A stretch of 64,000 nucleotides of DNA from assembly GCA_048128005.1 (NCBI GenBank), contig JBEUKZ010000101.1, positions 186,001 through 250,000 on the forward strand. Reading direction: 5' to 3'. This DNA comes from Veleropilina oligotropha. Its lineage: Eukaryota. Both the position numbers and the translations under genes were made by a program. The notes under the pieces are model-generated. The model was not told the DNA's origin and did no database searches. It saw only the letters and a list, made by a program, of their open reading frames with translations. Of this stretch, positions 12,001 to 27,000 are shown in pieces. Position 1 is the first letter of the stretch, and each line of letters opens with the position of its first letter.

Positions 12001-15000
12001 GGTTCCGCCTTATCGAACTGGCAGGCGCCATTCAGCGAGTCCACCGGCGTCCGGCTGTCCATGGAGTCCAACACCTCGTCATCCAGAACGGAGTTCAGGG
12101 TCGGGTAGGTCGTAATCTCTAACCTGCAGAACAAATAACCGCTGGGTACTTTTTTTAATTTAAATATGGGCAAAATTTAGACAATTCATAATCCAAATTT
12201 ACAGTTCATGAACATTACAATATATGCCTTGATTTAAAATCTTTTGACCAACTTAATAGCTAGGTTCACTATATTCGTTAGCCAAGAGTGTAATTCATGC
12301 AATGATGTAGTGCTTGGTGTGCAATAAATTTAATTCTAATTTTATTCCTCACACAAGCATCTCGTTCTATTCTCATCACTGTAAAGGTAAAGTTATCTCC
12401 CTGTTGTACCTTGGCAAGTTAAAGTTATCTCCCCTGTCCTCATCTCCATCCTGGCTGATATGCGCGAAAGACACGGGTACCTTACTGGGGTCCTGCTGGA
12501 AAAACGCTGCAATGAAAAATGCACATTTCCTTTACATAATTAGGGATAAGGGAAATCCACATATTGGTGAAATTATCTATGTATCATCGTCTCATGGCCA
12601 ACCCACTCACAAATTTTATGTTAACAAGAGACAATTGGTCGGAGGCCTTTCGACCAGTCTAGCTCCGCTGGAACGAGTTCATCAATATAGTCAAACAACT
12701 TTAGTAATTTGGGCTGCACTTCCCCATGTTATAGAATACCAATATGCAGGCTAGCTGTCTTGACAAAGTCCAAATTTCTAATTTCAGCAAAACTTGTAAT
12801 ATTCACAGAATAAGTTAAACACATCATAAGGAAGGCTCATGCCAATTAAGAAAAAAAGTTATCAGACAGTTTCGGAGATATTCAAATTTGAAGTCAAGAC
12901 TTGTCGCAGAAGTGGAAAGTCCAAAAATGTAAATTTCAGAAAAAACGCAAAGTAGAAATTTCTAATAATTTCTTGATATGTTCAGAACATCATAAGGCAG
13001 GCTCATACCAAAGTACAAAAAAGTTAACAGACGGTTTCGGAGCTATTCACATTTGAAGTCAAAAGTTGACACCAGACTACGGACGGACAGAGCGGTATCA
13101 GTACTAATTAACAAGATTGTTAGTTATCATGCGGTATCTTGTCTATCACCGAGTGTATAAAAATTATGTTTTAGAAGATATAAAATTCATATGAATATGA
13201 AACATGGAACATGTGTAGCTAGCTTTAGACTGACCTTGGATTTCTCGACAGGTGACCTCGTATGTCTGACAGGCCTCTGATGCAGACATCGTCGTCTGGA
13301 AGTCCAGTTCTTCGAGGTCGAGGATCAACGTCTCCCTCCGGAGCATCCGGATCCACCATGGGCGATCCGTCTGGTGACCAGAGCGCATATCGGGGATCGG
13401 AAACCTAAAACAATTAGCTAACTATCAAAACCTCGACCCAGCAAGTCGAGGGGATGTATCCCCTCCCACGGTAGCATAAATCAATAGGCACCATTTCCTC
13501 ATCATACCAAACATGTATACCAAATTTGAATCAAATTGGATTAGAACTATTCACTGTAGATCGCGCACAAGAAATATCTTCAAATAAAATGGCCGCCGCG
13601 ATGGCCATCTTGGATCCAAAAACAAAAGGAAATCGTTAGGTGGCGTGTCCTCATCATAACTAACATGCATATCAAATTTGAATCAAACCGGAAAATAACT
13701 TTTCACCGCATAGCACGCACAAGAAATCTCTTCAAATAAAATGGCCGCCACGGCAGCCATCTTGGATCCAAAAATGACGAAAATCGTTAAGTGGCATGCC
13801 TTCATGATAACTAACATGCATACTAAATTTGAATCAATTCGGATAAGAACTTTTCACTGTAGAGCGTGCACACAAAATCTAGTCAACCAAAATGGCCACC
13901 AAGGCGGCCATCTTGGATTCGAAAACGACGAAAATATTTAGGCGGCATGTCCTCATCACAACTAAAGCACATACCAAATATGAATCAAATCGGATAATAA
14001 ATTTTCACTGTAGAGTGCACAAAAGAAATCTCGTCAAACAAAATGGCCACCATGGCAGCCATCTTGTATACGAAAACGACGAAAATGTTTAGGTGGCATG
14101 TATTCATTATAACGAACACGCATACCAAATATGAATCAAATCAGATACTGTAAACCATAATATATTAGAGGCATAAAAATTTAGCGAATTGGTCACAATG
14201 GACCAATTAGCGACATTTAATTTTAGCGATAATCGAATTTCGGGAAATGTATTATTAGCCAGCCTGACAATAATGCAAATTGTTAATTGTCTGATTGTTA
14301 CACATTGTTATCGCAACTGCAATTAGTGAAGTATGACTATTAGCAGGATGACTAAGTATCTAAGTAGGTTACAAGATCATTGTACAAATTGTAATAGGAT
14401 TACCGATTAGTATCATGATACTGGTGTTCCGATTGTAAGTCTTCACGTGAGTGTAAAATGTGAATTGGTGCTTCAAATAAAGTACTAATTAATAGGATTA
14501 CAAATGCATTTGTGATGTTTATTCAATAATTGTTACATAATAAAGTACTATGCATAATATACTGTAGTGTTACTTAAGCTTGCCAGTAGAGAGAAAGTTA
14601 ATCGTCTTTTGTCCTTAAAATGGACACTGTTGTGTTATCAAGGGAGGTTATTTATGCAGAGAACCAGTAGTGGAACTTGCGCGAAAACGAGGGTCTATGT
14701 AATACTGTTTAATAAACGAGAAGTTGATACGCTCGTTTGTTTCCGCCGTTCTTTGACATACGATTCCTAATACTAGTATTAAAGTTAATTTCATACATTA
14801 GTCAGAATTAGGCTGTTGCATGGGGTTCTGGTCGAATAATATCGTTTAACAAGAGCTGTCAGAAGGACAGCATGCTCCACTATCAACAGCTAGATCGATG
14901 AACTTGCAAGGCTGTAGTGTGAACAGTTTGTGAGAAAAGGCCCTTCATGCAAAACATTAACCTGAATTATCTAAGTCGAAAAATGGAAATAATTTGGTAA

Positions 15001-18000
15001 AAATGAAGCTAGAGTTATGGCCCTTGTATTGCAAGTTCGCATAATGATGTGACAAGCGTATGAAGTTTCAAGGCTGTAGTGTGAACACTTTGTGAGAAAA
15101 GGCCCTTCATGCAAAATGTTAACCTGAAGTTGACTTTGTGAGAAAAGGCCCTTCATGCAAAATTGTCTAAGTCGAAAAAGGGGAATAATTTGGTAAAATA
15201 ACGAAGCCAGATTTATTACGCCTGTAATGGAAGGTCGCATAATGACGTTGAACAAGTGTATGAAGTTTGAAAGGTGTAGTGTGAAAAAATTGTGAGAAAA
15301 GACCCTTCATGCAAAACATTAACCTGACTTGTCTAAGTCGAAAGAGGGGAATAATTTGGTAAAACAACGAAGCCAGAGTTATTACGCCTAATATGTAAGG
15401 TCGCATAATGACATTGAACAAGTGTATGAAGTTTGAAAGTTGTAGTTTGAAAAATTTGTGAGAAAAGACCCTTCATGCAAAATGTTAACCTGAAGTTTGA
15501 CGCCGACGCCGACGACAGGGTGACTGCAATAGCTCGTACTATTTTAGAATAGTCGAGCTAATAAAATGATAAATAATGAATATGTTTCTGTTACTGAATT
15601 CCCCTTTTGGCGAGACTAAAACAAAGACAAAGAAAATGGCGGGCCTAAGTTTTACGCACGTTTTTGAAGGATTTCAGTGGACCTTTCATGGAATAAAGTT
15701 GAACAAATAAGTGGCGAAAATATGGTTTATTCATATACATAAATGGCAAGTAATAAAGACGCATTATTCCTGAACAATGTTAGATAGTTTATTAATTACA
15801 TTGCTAAAAATATATTTCTTTGTCACCCACCCTTATATATGGATATAATAGTAGACATATTAGCGGCATAAAATGTTAGCGAATTTTGCTTCCTCGCTAA
15901 GTTCGCCAAAATTTGATGCTCGCAAAAATTTCATGGTTTACAGTAATAACTTTTCACTGTAGAGCGCACACAGTAAATCTATCCACGGCGGCCATATTGG
16001 ATCCGAAAACGACGAAAATCGTTAAGTGGCATATCCTCATCATAACTGACGTGCATACCAAATTTGAATCAAATCAGATTAGAATCTTTCACTGTACACC
16101 GCACAAAAGAAATCTCTGCGGCGGCGGACGCATCTGAACGATGACTAAACCATACTATCCCCGAAATGTTAAATTTCGGGGATACAATAATAATGCAACA
16201 GTACTTGAAACAGTTATTATGAAGCCTAGTTAGCCTGCCCAGGACATAGAAAATCTTTAAAAAATATACAATTAGCTAAATTAGTTTCACAAGTTTGATA
16301 TTACACTCTCACTGACAAAAGACCCTCTACAACTTTGCTATAGAAATGATATTATAATTTGCTTTATATTTTATCTAATTGTAACTTTATTTGGTTAACT
16401 TTTGTTGACCGTTATACCTGAGGAACAGTCTGGCCGCTGGACAACTCAGCCGGACATCTGTTTTGTGGTCATTCATGATTGGACCTTCGTCCAATGCCTG
16501 GGAGAAGTAATTCTGGCCAAGCTGAAACAGAGAGGGGTAACATTGGTGTGAAACAAAGTGCACGCAAGAGGATTATTGCATATGGATTGGATTAGATCGA
16601 TGCTTAATGTCCTGTATATTTACAACCATCAGGTTCAAACTAGGACATATTACCGCTATAGGACAGCCCGGTCGCCCGGGGCATCTAATCCTCTCTAACC
16701 AGTTACGGAAAACTGTGATTCATAACTGAACAAATGCCAATGTCCTAACCGAGATTCGAACCCACTACTGTTCGTTTCAGCGGAATGAAGCCAGTAACTT
16801 CATAGTTGAGCTGAAACCACACGACAGTCGAAGCATTAATATTGCAGATGGGGAACAGAGTAATGCAAACTAATGTTGGTCAGAAAAAATGATGACATTT
16901 GGAGAAGGAAATCGATGAAATCCACAAAAAAAGAAATTAAAAAATTCTCTAAATTTAAAAAATAAAATTAATAATTAAAAGAAATCCGATTGCCATCAAC
17001 ATACAGCAGATTGTGAAACCTACCCCACTGGAGTACGGATTGGCCGTAGTGAACATGGTCGATCGCCCGATGTCCACTCGGCTGGACGCCTCCGGCTTCA
17101 GTAGGCTGCTGATCCGGTCCACGATCGTGATGTCAATCTCCATATCAAATCGCTCCAACTCCAGATGCACCTCCGTCTTGGGGCAGTCGATTGATCTTCT
17201 TGAGCTCTGCAGAATGCGTCAGCGAAATATTATAGATTAGAACTGGACTAGCATAATATGTTTGAAAACTATCATATAGGTTATCCTGCTGTTCCAGATC
17301 AAAATCAAAGAAAGATATCTCTGATCAACCATGCCACCTTATGCAACTGTGTTGTGCTTTTATTCCCAATGACAAATTAAAGTCGGGCGGTTTATGAATG
17401 TCCATCTGTCCATCAGTTCCACCTTCGACACAACATAAATCAGCACGTGCGACACGCAACCCCCCTCTTTATTTGCACAGGATCCCTGATAGATGTATAC
17501 CACAAGCTTGACTTTCATGACAACAGTCTCTAGTTTCACAACAAAATCAAGATGAAGATTTTAAGAATCTAGTGAAGAAATAGTGGCAAGTCTCCGCCAT
17601 GGTAATAACGCAATTACTCAAAATAAGCTTTGTACATTAAACTAATGCATTCTTCACCTTGTACTTCTCGTGGTTGTACAGTTTGATGCGGACGTTTGGT
17701 CCCACGGGAGGCATGCTGGCAAACATGGCCTGCGGTCGAAGGGGAGCCACATCTCGGCGGAAGGTCAGCAGCTGAAAGAGGAGAAGGATGGCGTTAATAA
17801 AACATGATGACTGTGGCTGTGGTTATGGTTATGCATATGCCTGCAGCTATGGTTATGCATATGCCTGCAGCTATGGTTATGCATATGCCTGCAGCTATGG
17901 TTATGCATATGCCTGCAGCGATGGTTATGCATATGCCTGCAGCTATGGTTATGCATATGCCTGCAGCTATGGTTATGCATATGCCTGCAGCTATGGTTAT

Positions 18001-21000
18001 GCATATGCCTGCAGCTATGGTTATGCATATGCCTGCAGCTATGGTTATGCATATGCCTGCAGCTATGGTTATGCATATGCCTGCAGCTATGGTTATGCAT
18101 ATGCCTGCAGCTATGGTTATGCATATTCCTGCAGCTATGATTATGCATATTCCTGCAGCTATGATTATGCATATGCCTGCAGCTATGGTTATGCATATGC
18201 CTGCAGCTATGGTTATGCATATTCCTGCAGCTATGATTATGCATATGCCTGCAGCTATGGTTATGCATATGCCTGCAGCTATGGTTATGCATATGCCTGC
18301 AGCTATGGTTATGCATATGCCTGCAGCTATGGTTATGCATATTCCTGCAGCTATGGCTATGGAAACAGCTGTGGCTATGGTATAAGGATATGACATGCAG
18401 TGGCTATGGTTGTTTACGTCTGGTCTGAGATATAAGGTAACATTGTATATATGACTATAACCGTGGCTATGGTTATGGCTGTAAATATACCTAATTTAAA
18501 TGACCGTGGCAATAGTGAATACACGTACATAATTATTATATGGCTGTGACTGTGGCTATGTTTACAGTTATGGCTCTGGATGAGAATATGCTTATATATA
18601 GCTATGGTTATGAATATGATTGTGGCTGAGGCTAATACGGCTATGTCTGTGGATGTAACAGTTGCTTCCTATATTAACACTTGAACATACAATCAATTAG
18701 AATCCAGTAAATAATTTTAATCTAATAAATACCCATTTATTGGCGTAATTCCTTTTTAAATTTAATTAACAACAAGAGCAAAAGCTCGAATGTGGGAAAC
18801 AGTGCATCAATCACTTATATTTCATGGGTAATGTGTCCGCATTCAGTGGTAGTTGATATTGATATAGACATATGAAGCACACCATAACGTCAAGGAATGC
18901 ACATTGATGAACATGTATATATGTCCAAAAATGGCAATTTATACAAAAAATGTGAATTAAATTGATTTCAATATTTACTACTCGAGGGTTAGATGACATT
19001 TAAATAGTCATATCTGACAAAGAATGTTATCCAAAATATGCCTATTGTTGTTACATATATAGCATGCTTGAGAAACTTTAACCAAAAACTTTAAAGTCCA
19101 AATTTGACATTTTATAGAAAAATTTAAATTAAATTACCTTCATTATTATTTATTTAGGGTCAGGTAACAATGAAATAGTGAAATATAGCATATGGTAATG
19201 TTAACACATGCATAATGTTGCTTATATAGCAAGCTTGAGAAACTTGAACAAAAAAAATTGTAAGTGCAAATAGAAGTATTTTATGGTAAAATTTGATTAA
19301 AATTATCTACAAATATTATTTATTTAGTGTCAGGTACCAAGGAAATAGTGATATCTAGCATGTATTAATGTTAAAGCATACATATTGTTGCTTAAATAAT
19401 ATGATTCAGAACCTTTAACCAAAACTTTAACAGGAGAACCAATTGTCGACGCTGGCCGGCCGACATGCTCATCATATAAGACTCGCATTAGCGTTTCATG
19501 CGAGTCAAAAATGCATAAATTTAACATAATTTGTTGATATTACAGTGCATGCTGGGAAGAGCAAAATGATATCACTTTATTTACAATTATACCAAAAAAG
19601 GTAAATAGCAATCATGCATGTACATTTATGAATGAATATGGACCACATTAAATGTTTTTCAGTCATGTCATTTATATGTAGTTTTATTACTGTTCGTCAG
19701 GTAAAGCCGATGTGCGTATCCTGTATCTCTCTCTCTCTGTGATCATCAGGTGCTTTCCCTAGCAGTTCTCACCTGTTCAACCATACCTGTCCGCCAGGCC
19801 CAGGATATGATTCACCCACAGCTGCATGAACACAGGGCCATGCCACAGCGGTTATTGATTAAGTTTAAATATTATAATGCAATAACTATGGTGAAACAAC
19901 AATGCTGGCAACTTATACTAATTGTCATTATTTTTATATTGTCACTACATAATGTCACTGCATAATGTTACTACATGCAAATTACAAATTTACAATATTT
20001 CCACAATTTGCAAAAGATGAATATTTCTTTCAGATGTTCAGGAGTGGGAAAAATCAAAGTGAAAATACTCAGAAGGAATTATGCGCTGAAAACATTAGAT
20101 GATTAGTTATTTCTCACAGGAAACAAAGTAATTTCTGTAGCACGTCTTTTGTCAACACAAGGAACTTTGCAATCTAAATATGTACCTGTAACTACAGGTG
20201 GAGGTATTTTTTTCAAACAAAAGCATATGATGCTTAATTTTTATCTGAATACAGGATTAGGTAGCTGGATGTCTTCTATGATCTATTACTATGATGTCAG
20301 ATGATCATATCAATATGTGACAATAAGTCCTACAACGATTATGCAATGTGTCTAGACCAGCACAGATTTGTTTCCGTTAGTTTTGATTGCTGTCTACAAG
20401 AACTTATATGATAATTATATGTGTCACTTTGTTAATGCAATAAACACATGGATCTTTAATCGTTCATATTTTGCAGCGGATCCTGATCAAAAGCGAGGTT
20501 TGAATCAGACTGAAGCTATAAGCACCCATGTACTTATGATGCGTGAAGCGTTATGTGTAATGGGTATTGACCGAACCCATGTGTCCGTATAAAAGCTCCA
20601 CGTGATGCATAAACTTCAGTTCGAGAGAGGATTTTAATATCAAATACGCTATTTTCACGTATAATATAGTTAGTATTCTGTTGGTAAAATATTTCTATTA
20701 TATATCCCTTAGTTATTTAGTTCCACATTTATGCTCTTTTAAACATCAGAAAGCAGAACGGCACTCTTTATGTGTCATATGTGGCTATATTAATATAAAC
20801 ATATCATCTCTTCTGCTAACGGTATAAAATGAAGAGATTATGTAAATTATGCATTATTCCTATATATTATCTGTAGAAAATAATGTGGAATTATGTTCCA
20901 GAATTTCAATTGTACGCTACACAACACTATCATTCAAATTTAAATCATAACATCTTCAGCTTGTAATAACGCTTTTCAGTGAAATTACATTTTGTATGTG

Positions 21001-24000
21001 TGTGCGTGCGTGCGTGTTTGTGCACACGAGGAGGTGAGAATCATATTCTACTAACTTCATAAATTAAAAGGACAATAATCATGGCCTATAATATGACATA
21101 TGTTAAATCAATACATTAATATTATATTATCATTTTTTTCATAACTCATATATCCTTTTAAAGTAAACTTAAAAATATACGGGATATACCGATTACGCTA
21201 CATACAATCCTAACTACAAATCAATAACCCAATATCTGACAAAGTAGACTGTGGTTCTCACATCCTCAGATTTGACAAGCTATATAAATGATTTATTTTA
21301 CCAAACAAAGAAAATATTGAATGACATAATTCCGATGAAAATGTGTTCAGTTGTAAGGACAATTCAACGTAGATTTACGTCTCTCAAATCAGGTTATCAC
21401 AAGAGCCCGTTAGAAAACGGATTCATCCCCCGCCTTCCGCAATCACTCTGATATAAACTTTAACCAAAATTTCTATGTCCCAACATATCAAGTTTCTTCA
21501 ATATTTATACAAAATAATATTCAATATCATTTCTAGAGTAAAAGGTGGTATCAATACACAAATACAAAAAAACACAAATGTTATGCATCAATTATATGAA
21601 ATTTTATTTCATATTAGGTGATATCTATATAAACAATACCCAAGCATACATCTTCCAAAACGTGATTTTAGTAGCCAATATCCATTAAATGAAAATCTTC
21701 AACCAAAAACTTTAACCAAAATTTCTATGTCCACAAACACCACTTTATTTTCAATAATTATATTAAAATGTTTTCCATATTACTGGCAGAGTATCAGGTG
21801 ACATCCATACAACCAATAACAAAGCATATATATGCCAAAAAGTGCATTGAGCAAGCCATATTACACTTGATGAAAAACTTTAACCATAAAACTTTAACCT
21901 AAAGTTCACCTAAATTTCTATGTCCCTAAAGAACACCATATTTCCATTAATATTAATGAAATTTATTCCATATTACTTCCAGAGTATCAGGTGACATCCA
22001 TGCAACCAATAACAAAGCATATATATGCCAAAAAGTGCCTTGAACAAGCCATATACACTTGATGAAATACTTTAGTCTAAAGTTCACCTAAATTTAAATG
22101 TTCAAAAAGACCACCATATATCCATTAATTATATTTAAATTTATTCAATATCACTGCCAGAGTATCAGGTGACATCCATACAACAAACAATAACAAAGCA
22201 TATATATGCCAAAAAGTGCTTTGAGCAAGCAATATACACTTCATGAAAAACTTTAACCTAAAATTTGCCAAAATTTCTATGTCCCAAAAGACAACTATAT
22301 TTCCATTAATTATATTAAAATTTATTCAATATCACTGTCAGAGTATCAGGTGACATCCATAAAACCAATAATAAAGGATATATTTGCCAAAAAGTGCCTT
22401 GAGCAAGCCATATACACTCAATGAAAAATTTTAACCAAGATGACACGACGACGACAACACCGGAAAAAGCAATCCCTTAGTCTCGCTTTCCTACGGGGCG
22501 AGACAATAAGCATCACCAAAGAATACAATAATGGAACAGAACAGAAATTCACTCAACGTTAACAAAAATTTCTTCTATGTCCACAAACACTAATTTCACA
22601 TGTTATTTATATTATAAATCACTTGCAGATGAGGGAGCAGCATCAATATAGTCAACACTACAGTATATGGATGTAAAACAGTGCCTAGAACAACAGCTAT
22701 GGTTATGCATATGCCTGCAGCTATGGTTATGCATATGCCTGCAGCTATGGTTATGCATATGCCTGCAGCAACGGTTATGCATATTCCTGCAGCTATGGCT
22801 ATGGAAACGGCTGTGGATATGGTATAAGGATATGACATGCAGTGGCTATGGTTGTTTACGTCTGGTCTGAGACATAAGGTAACATTGTATCTATGACTAT
22901 AACCATGGCTATGGTTATGGCTGTAAATATACCTAATTTAAATGACCGTGACAATAGTGAATACACGTACATAATTATTATATGGCTGTGACTGTGGCTA
23001 TGTTTACAGTTATGGCTCTGGATGAGAATATGCTTATATATAGCTATGGTTATGAATATGATTGTGGCTGAGGCTAATACGGCTATGTCTGTGGATGTAA
23101 CAGTTGCTTCCTATATTAACACTTGAACATACAATCAATTAGAATCCAGTAAATAATTTTAATCTAATAAATACCCATTTATTGGCGTAATTCCTTTTTA
23201 AATTTAATTAACAACAAGAGCAAAAGCTCGAATGTGGGAAACAGTGCATCAATCACTTATATTTCATGGGTAATGTGTCCGCATTCAGTGGTAGTTGATA
23301 TTGATATAGACATATGAAGCACATCATAACGTCAAGGAATGCACATTGATGAACATATATATATGTCCAAAAATGGCAATTTATACAAAAAATGTGAATT
23401 AAATTGATTTCAATATTTACTACTCGAGGGTTAGATGACATTTAAATAGTCATATCTGACAAAGAATGTTATCCAAAATATGCCTATTGTTGTTACATAT
23501 ATAGCATGCTTGAGAAACTTTAACCAAAAACTTTAAAGTCCAAATTTGACATTTTATAGTAAAATTTAAATTAAATTACCTTCATTATTATTTATTTAGG
23601 GTCAGGTAACAATGAAATAGTGAAATATAGCATATGGTAATGTTAACACATGCATAATGTTGCTTATATAGCAAGCTTGAGAAACTTGAACAAAAAAAAT
23701 TGTAAGTGCAAATAGAAGTATTTTATGGTAAAATTTGATTAAAATTATCTACAAATATTATTTATTTAGTGTCAGGTACCAAGGAAATAGTGATATCTAG
23801 CATGTATTAATGTTAAAGCATACATATTGTTGCTTAAATAATATGATTGAGAACCTTTAACCAAAACTTTAACAGGAGAACCAATTGTCGACGCTGGCCG
23901 GCCGACATGCTCATCATATAAGACTCGCATTAGCGTTTCATGCGAGTCAAAAATGCATAAATTTAACATAATTTGTTGATATTACAGTGCATGCTGGGAA

Positions 24001-27000
24001 GAGCAAATTGATATCACTTTATTTACAAATATACCAAAAAAGGTAAATAGCAATCATGCATGTACATTTATGAATGAATATGGACCACATTAAATGTTTT
24101 TCAGTCATGTCATTTATATGTAGTTTTATTACTGTTCGTCAGGTAAACGCGACGTGCGTATCCTGTATCTCTCTCTCTCTGTGATCATCAGGTGCTTTCC
24201 CTAGCAGTTCTCACCTGTTCAACCATACCTGTCCGCCAGGCCCAGGATATGATTCACCCACAGCTGCATGAACACAGGGCCATGCCACAGCAGTTATTGA
24301 TTAAGTTTAAATATTATAATGCAATAACTATGGTGAAACAACAATGCTGGCAACTTATACTAATTGTCATTATTTTTATATTGTCACTACATAATGTCAC
24401 TGCATAATGTTACTACATGCAAATTACAAATTTACAATATTTCCACAATTTGCAAAAGATGAATATTTCTTTCAGATGTTCAGGAGTGGGAAAAAATCAA
24501 AGTGAAAATACTCAGAAGGAATTATGCGCTGAAAACATTAGATGATTAGTTATTTCTCACAGGAAACAAAGTAATTTCTGTAGCACGTCTTTTGTCAACA
24601 CAAGGAACTTTGCAATCTAAATATGTACCTGTAACTACAGGTGGAGGTATTTTTTTCAAACAAAAGCATATGATGCTTAATTTTTATCTGAATACAGGAT
24701 TAGGTAGCTGGATGTCTTCTATGATCTATTACTATGATGACAGCCCTCGGAATTAAGGTCGGCATTCGGCAATACCGACCTCGTTGCCGACCTGCAAGTG
24801 TACGAGGTCGGCAAAAATTTGCCGACCTCGATTTATCTTGCTAAAAGGTCTGTTTCATATATATTATACTAATTACAATATTTATTCATAACTTGTTAAG
24901 TTGCATCTCTTTACCTACTTTGTATATTGTGCATCCTGGTTGAAATGTTCACCAATAAATCGTTAACATCACAAGTTTTCAACACTCAAGCGCTCCATTC
25001 GCACATGTACGCTATTTATAAATTAATAGGTCACGGATTCAAATCGCGTTTCCAAAATAATACGTTTAGGGCTTAGATGATTTGAAAATTGTCTTGTGTT
25101 GTTTCCAACTAGCAATGTGGTAATCTTTTTGGGGATAAAAAGGCATATAACCAATTTAAGACACCATTTAATGATTAAATATTAATTAAAAAGATTTAGA
25201 GACTTATGAACTTTATCCCAGAATTGGGTCTACTTCGTATTTATTCAGATTCAGATATGAACACGCAGCGCGTCGGTCGCTGCGGGGTACGCGATTAGTG
25301 ACCACGGCCAACGGGCAGAAATAACGTGTACAATTTGACAGCAATAAGATTCATGAGCGTGAAACTGCCTGTCATATATTTATTCCACGCGCTTATTGTA
25401 AATACAGATATTTGCTGATTCTATTGTCACTTTATCATCTACCAAATGGAGATTTTAAAAAAGATTTTGCTACTCAATATTCGTTACGCGAACAGGTGAG
25501 GTAAACGGTAACACGTGCGCGATGCCGCGTGTGTGGGAGTCTCCAGTTAGCTCAAAATTTAAACAATATCATATGTTGGCTAAATAGCAAATTAATTCAA
25601 GATAAATATACACAGAAACAGCGGTTAAAACATTCTTAAATTATGTATTTAAACAAGATTTAAGCATTGTGTTAACAGAAAAGTCTTAAAAAATTTGCCG
25701 ACCTCGTGCCGACCTGGTTGGACTTGAGGTCGGCAATTTTTTGCCGACCTGGATTTTTCCTAATTGCGAGGGCTGTGATGATCATATCAATATGTGACAA
25801 TAAGTCCTACAACGATTATGCAATGTGTCTAGACCAGCACAGATTTGTTTCCGTTAGTTTTGATTGCTGTCTACAAGAACTTATATGATAATTATATGTG
25901 TCACTTTGTTAATGCAATAAACACATGGATCTTTAATCGTTCATATTTTGCAGCGGATCCTGATCAAAAGCGAGGTTTGAATCAGACTGAAGCTATAAGC
26001 ACCCATGTACTTATGATGCGTGAAGCGTTATGTGTAATGGGTATTGACCGAACCCATGTGTCCGTATAAAAGCTCTACGTGATGCATAAACTTCAGTTCG
26101 AGAGAGGATTTTAATATCAAATACGCTATTTTCACGTATAATATAGTTAGTATTCTGTTGGTAAAATATTTCTATTATATATCCCTTAGTTATTTAGTTC
26201 CACATTTATGCTCTTTTAAACATCAGAAAGCAGAACGGCACTCTTTATGTGTCATATGTGGCTATATTAATATAAACATATCATCTCTTCTGCTAACGGT
26301 ATAAAATGAAGAGATTATGTAAATTATGCATTATTCCTATATATTATCCGTAGAAAATAATGTGGAATTATGTTCCAGAATTTCAATTGTACGCTACACA
26401 ACACTATCATTCAAATTTAAATCATAATATCTTCAGCTTGTAATAACGCTTTTCAGTGAAATTACATTTTGTATGTGTGTGCGTGCGTGCGTGTTTGTGC
26501 ACATGAGGAGGTGAGAATCATATTCTACTAACTTCATAAATTAAAAGGACAATAATCATGGCCTATAATATGACATATGTTAAATCAATACATTAATATT
26601 ATATTATCATTTTTTTCATAACTCATATATCCTTTTAAAGTAAACTTAAAAATATACGGGATATACCGATTACGCTACATACAATCCTAACTACAAATCA
26701 ATAACCCAATATCTGACAAAGTAGACTGTGGTTCTCACATCCTCAGATTTGACAAGCTATATAAATGATTTATTTTACCAAACAAAGAAAATATTGAATG
26801 ACATAATTCCGATGAAAATGTGTTCAGTTGTAAGGACAATTCAACGTAGATTTACGTCTCTCAAATCAGGTTATCACAAGAGCCCGTTAGAAAACGGATC
26901 CGGATTCATCCCCCGCTTCCGCAATCACTCTGATATAAACTTTAACCAAAATGTCTATGTCCCAACACATCAAGTTTCTTCAATATTTATACAAAATAAT

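Larger units (their letters stand above)
13430..16186 (+). mobile_element. HINE-like element with ~150-bp tandem core, interrupted by nested elements
   Basis: Subterminal TGTATCCCC/GGGGATACA; 3' hairpin ATCCCCGAAAT..ATTTCGGGGAT; repeats AAATGGCCGCC..GCCATCTTGGAT. Confidence 0.6.

Noticed and set aside
17765..18396. ORFs of 190-200 aa such as (YGYAYACS)n and (MHNHSCRH)n resembling Gly/Tyr/Cys structural or His-rich proteins
   Set aside because: They arise from a 24-bp satellite that is open in four frames, with no signal peptide and no synonymous divergence pattern.
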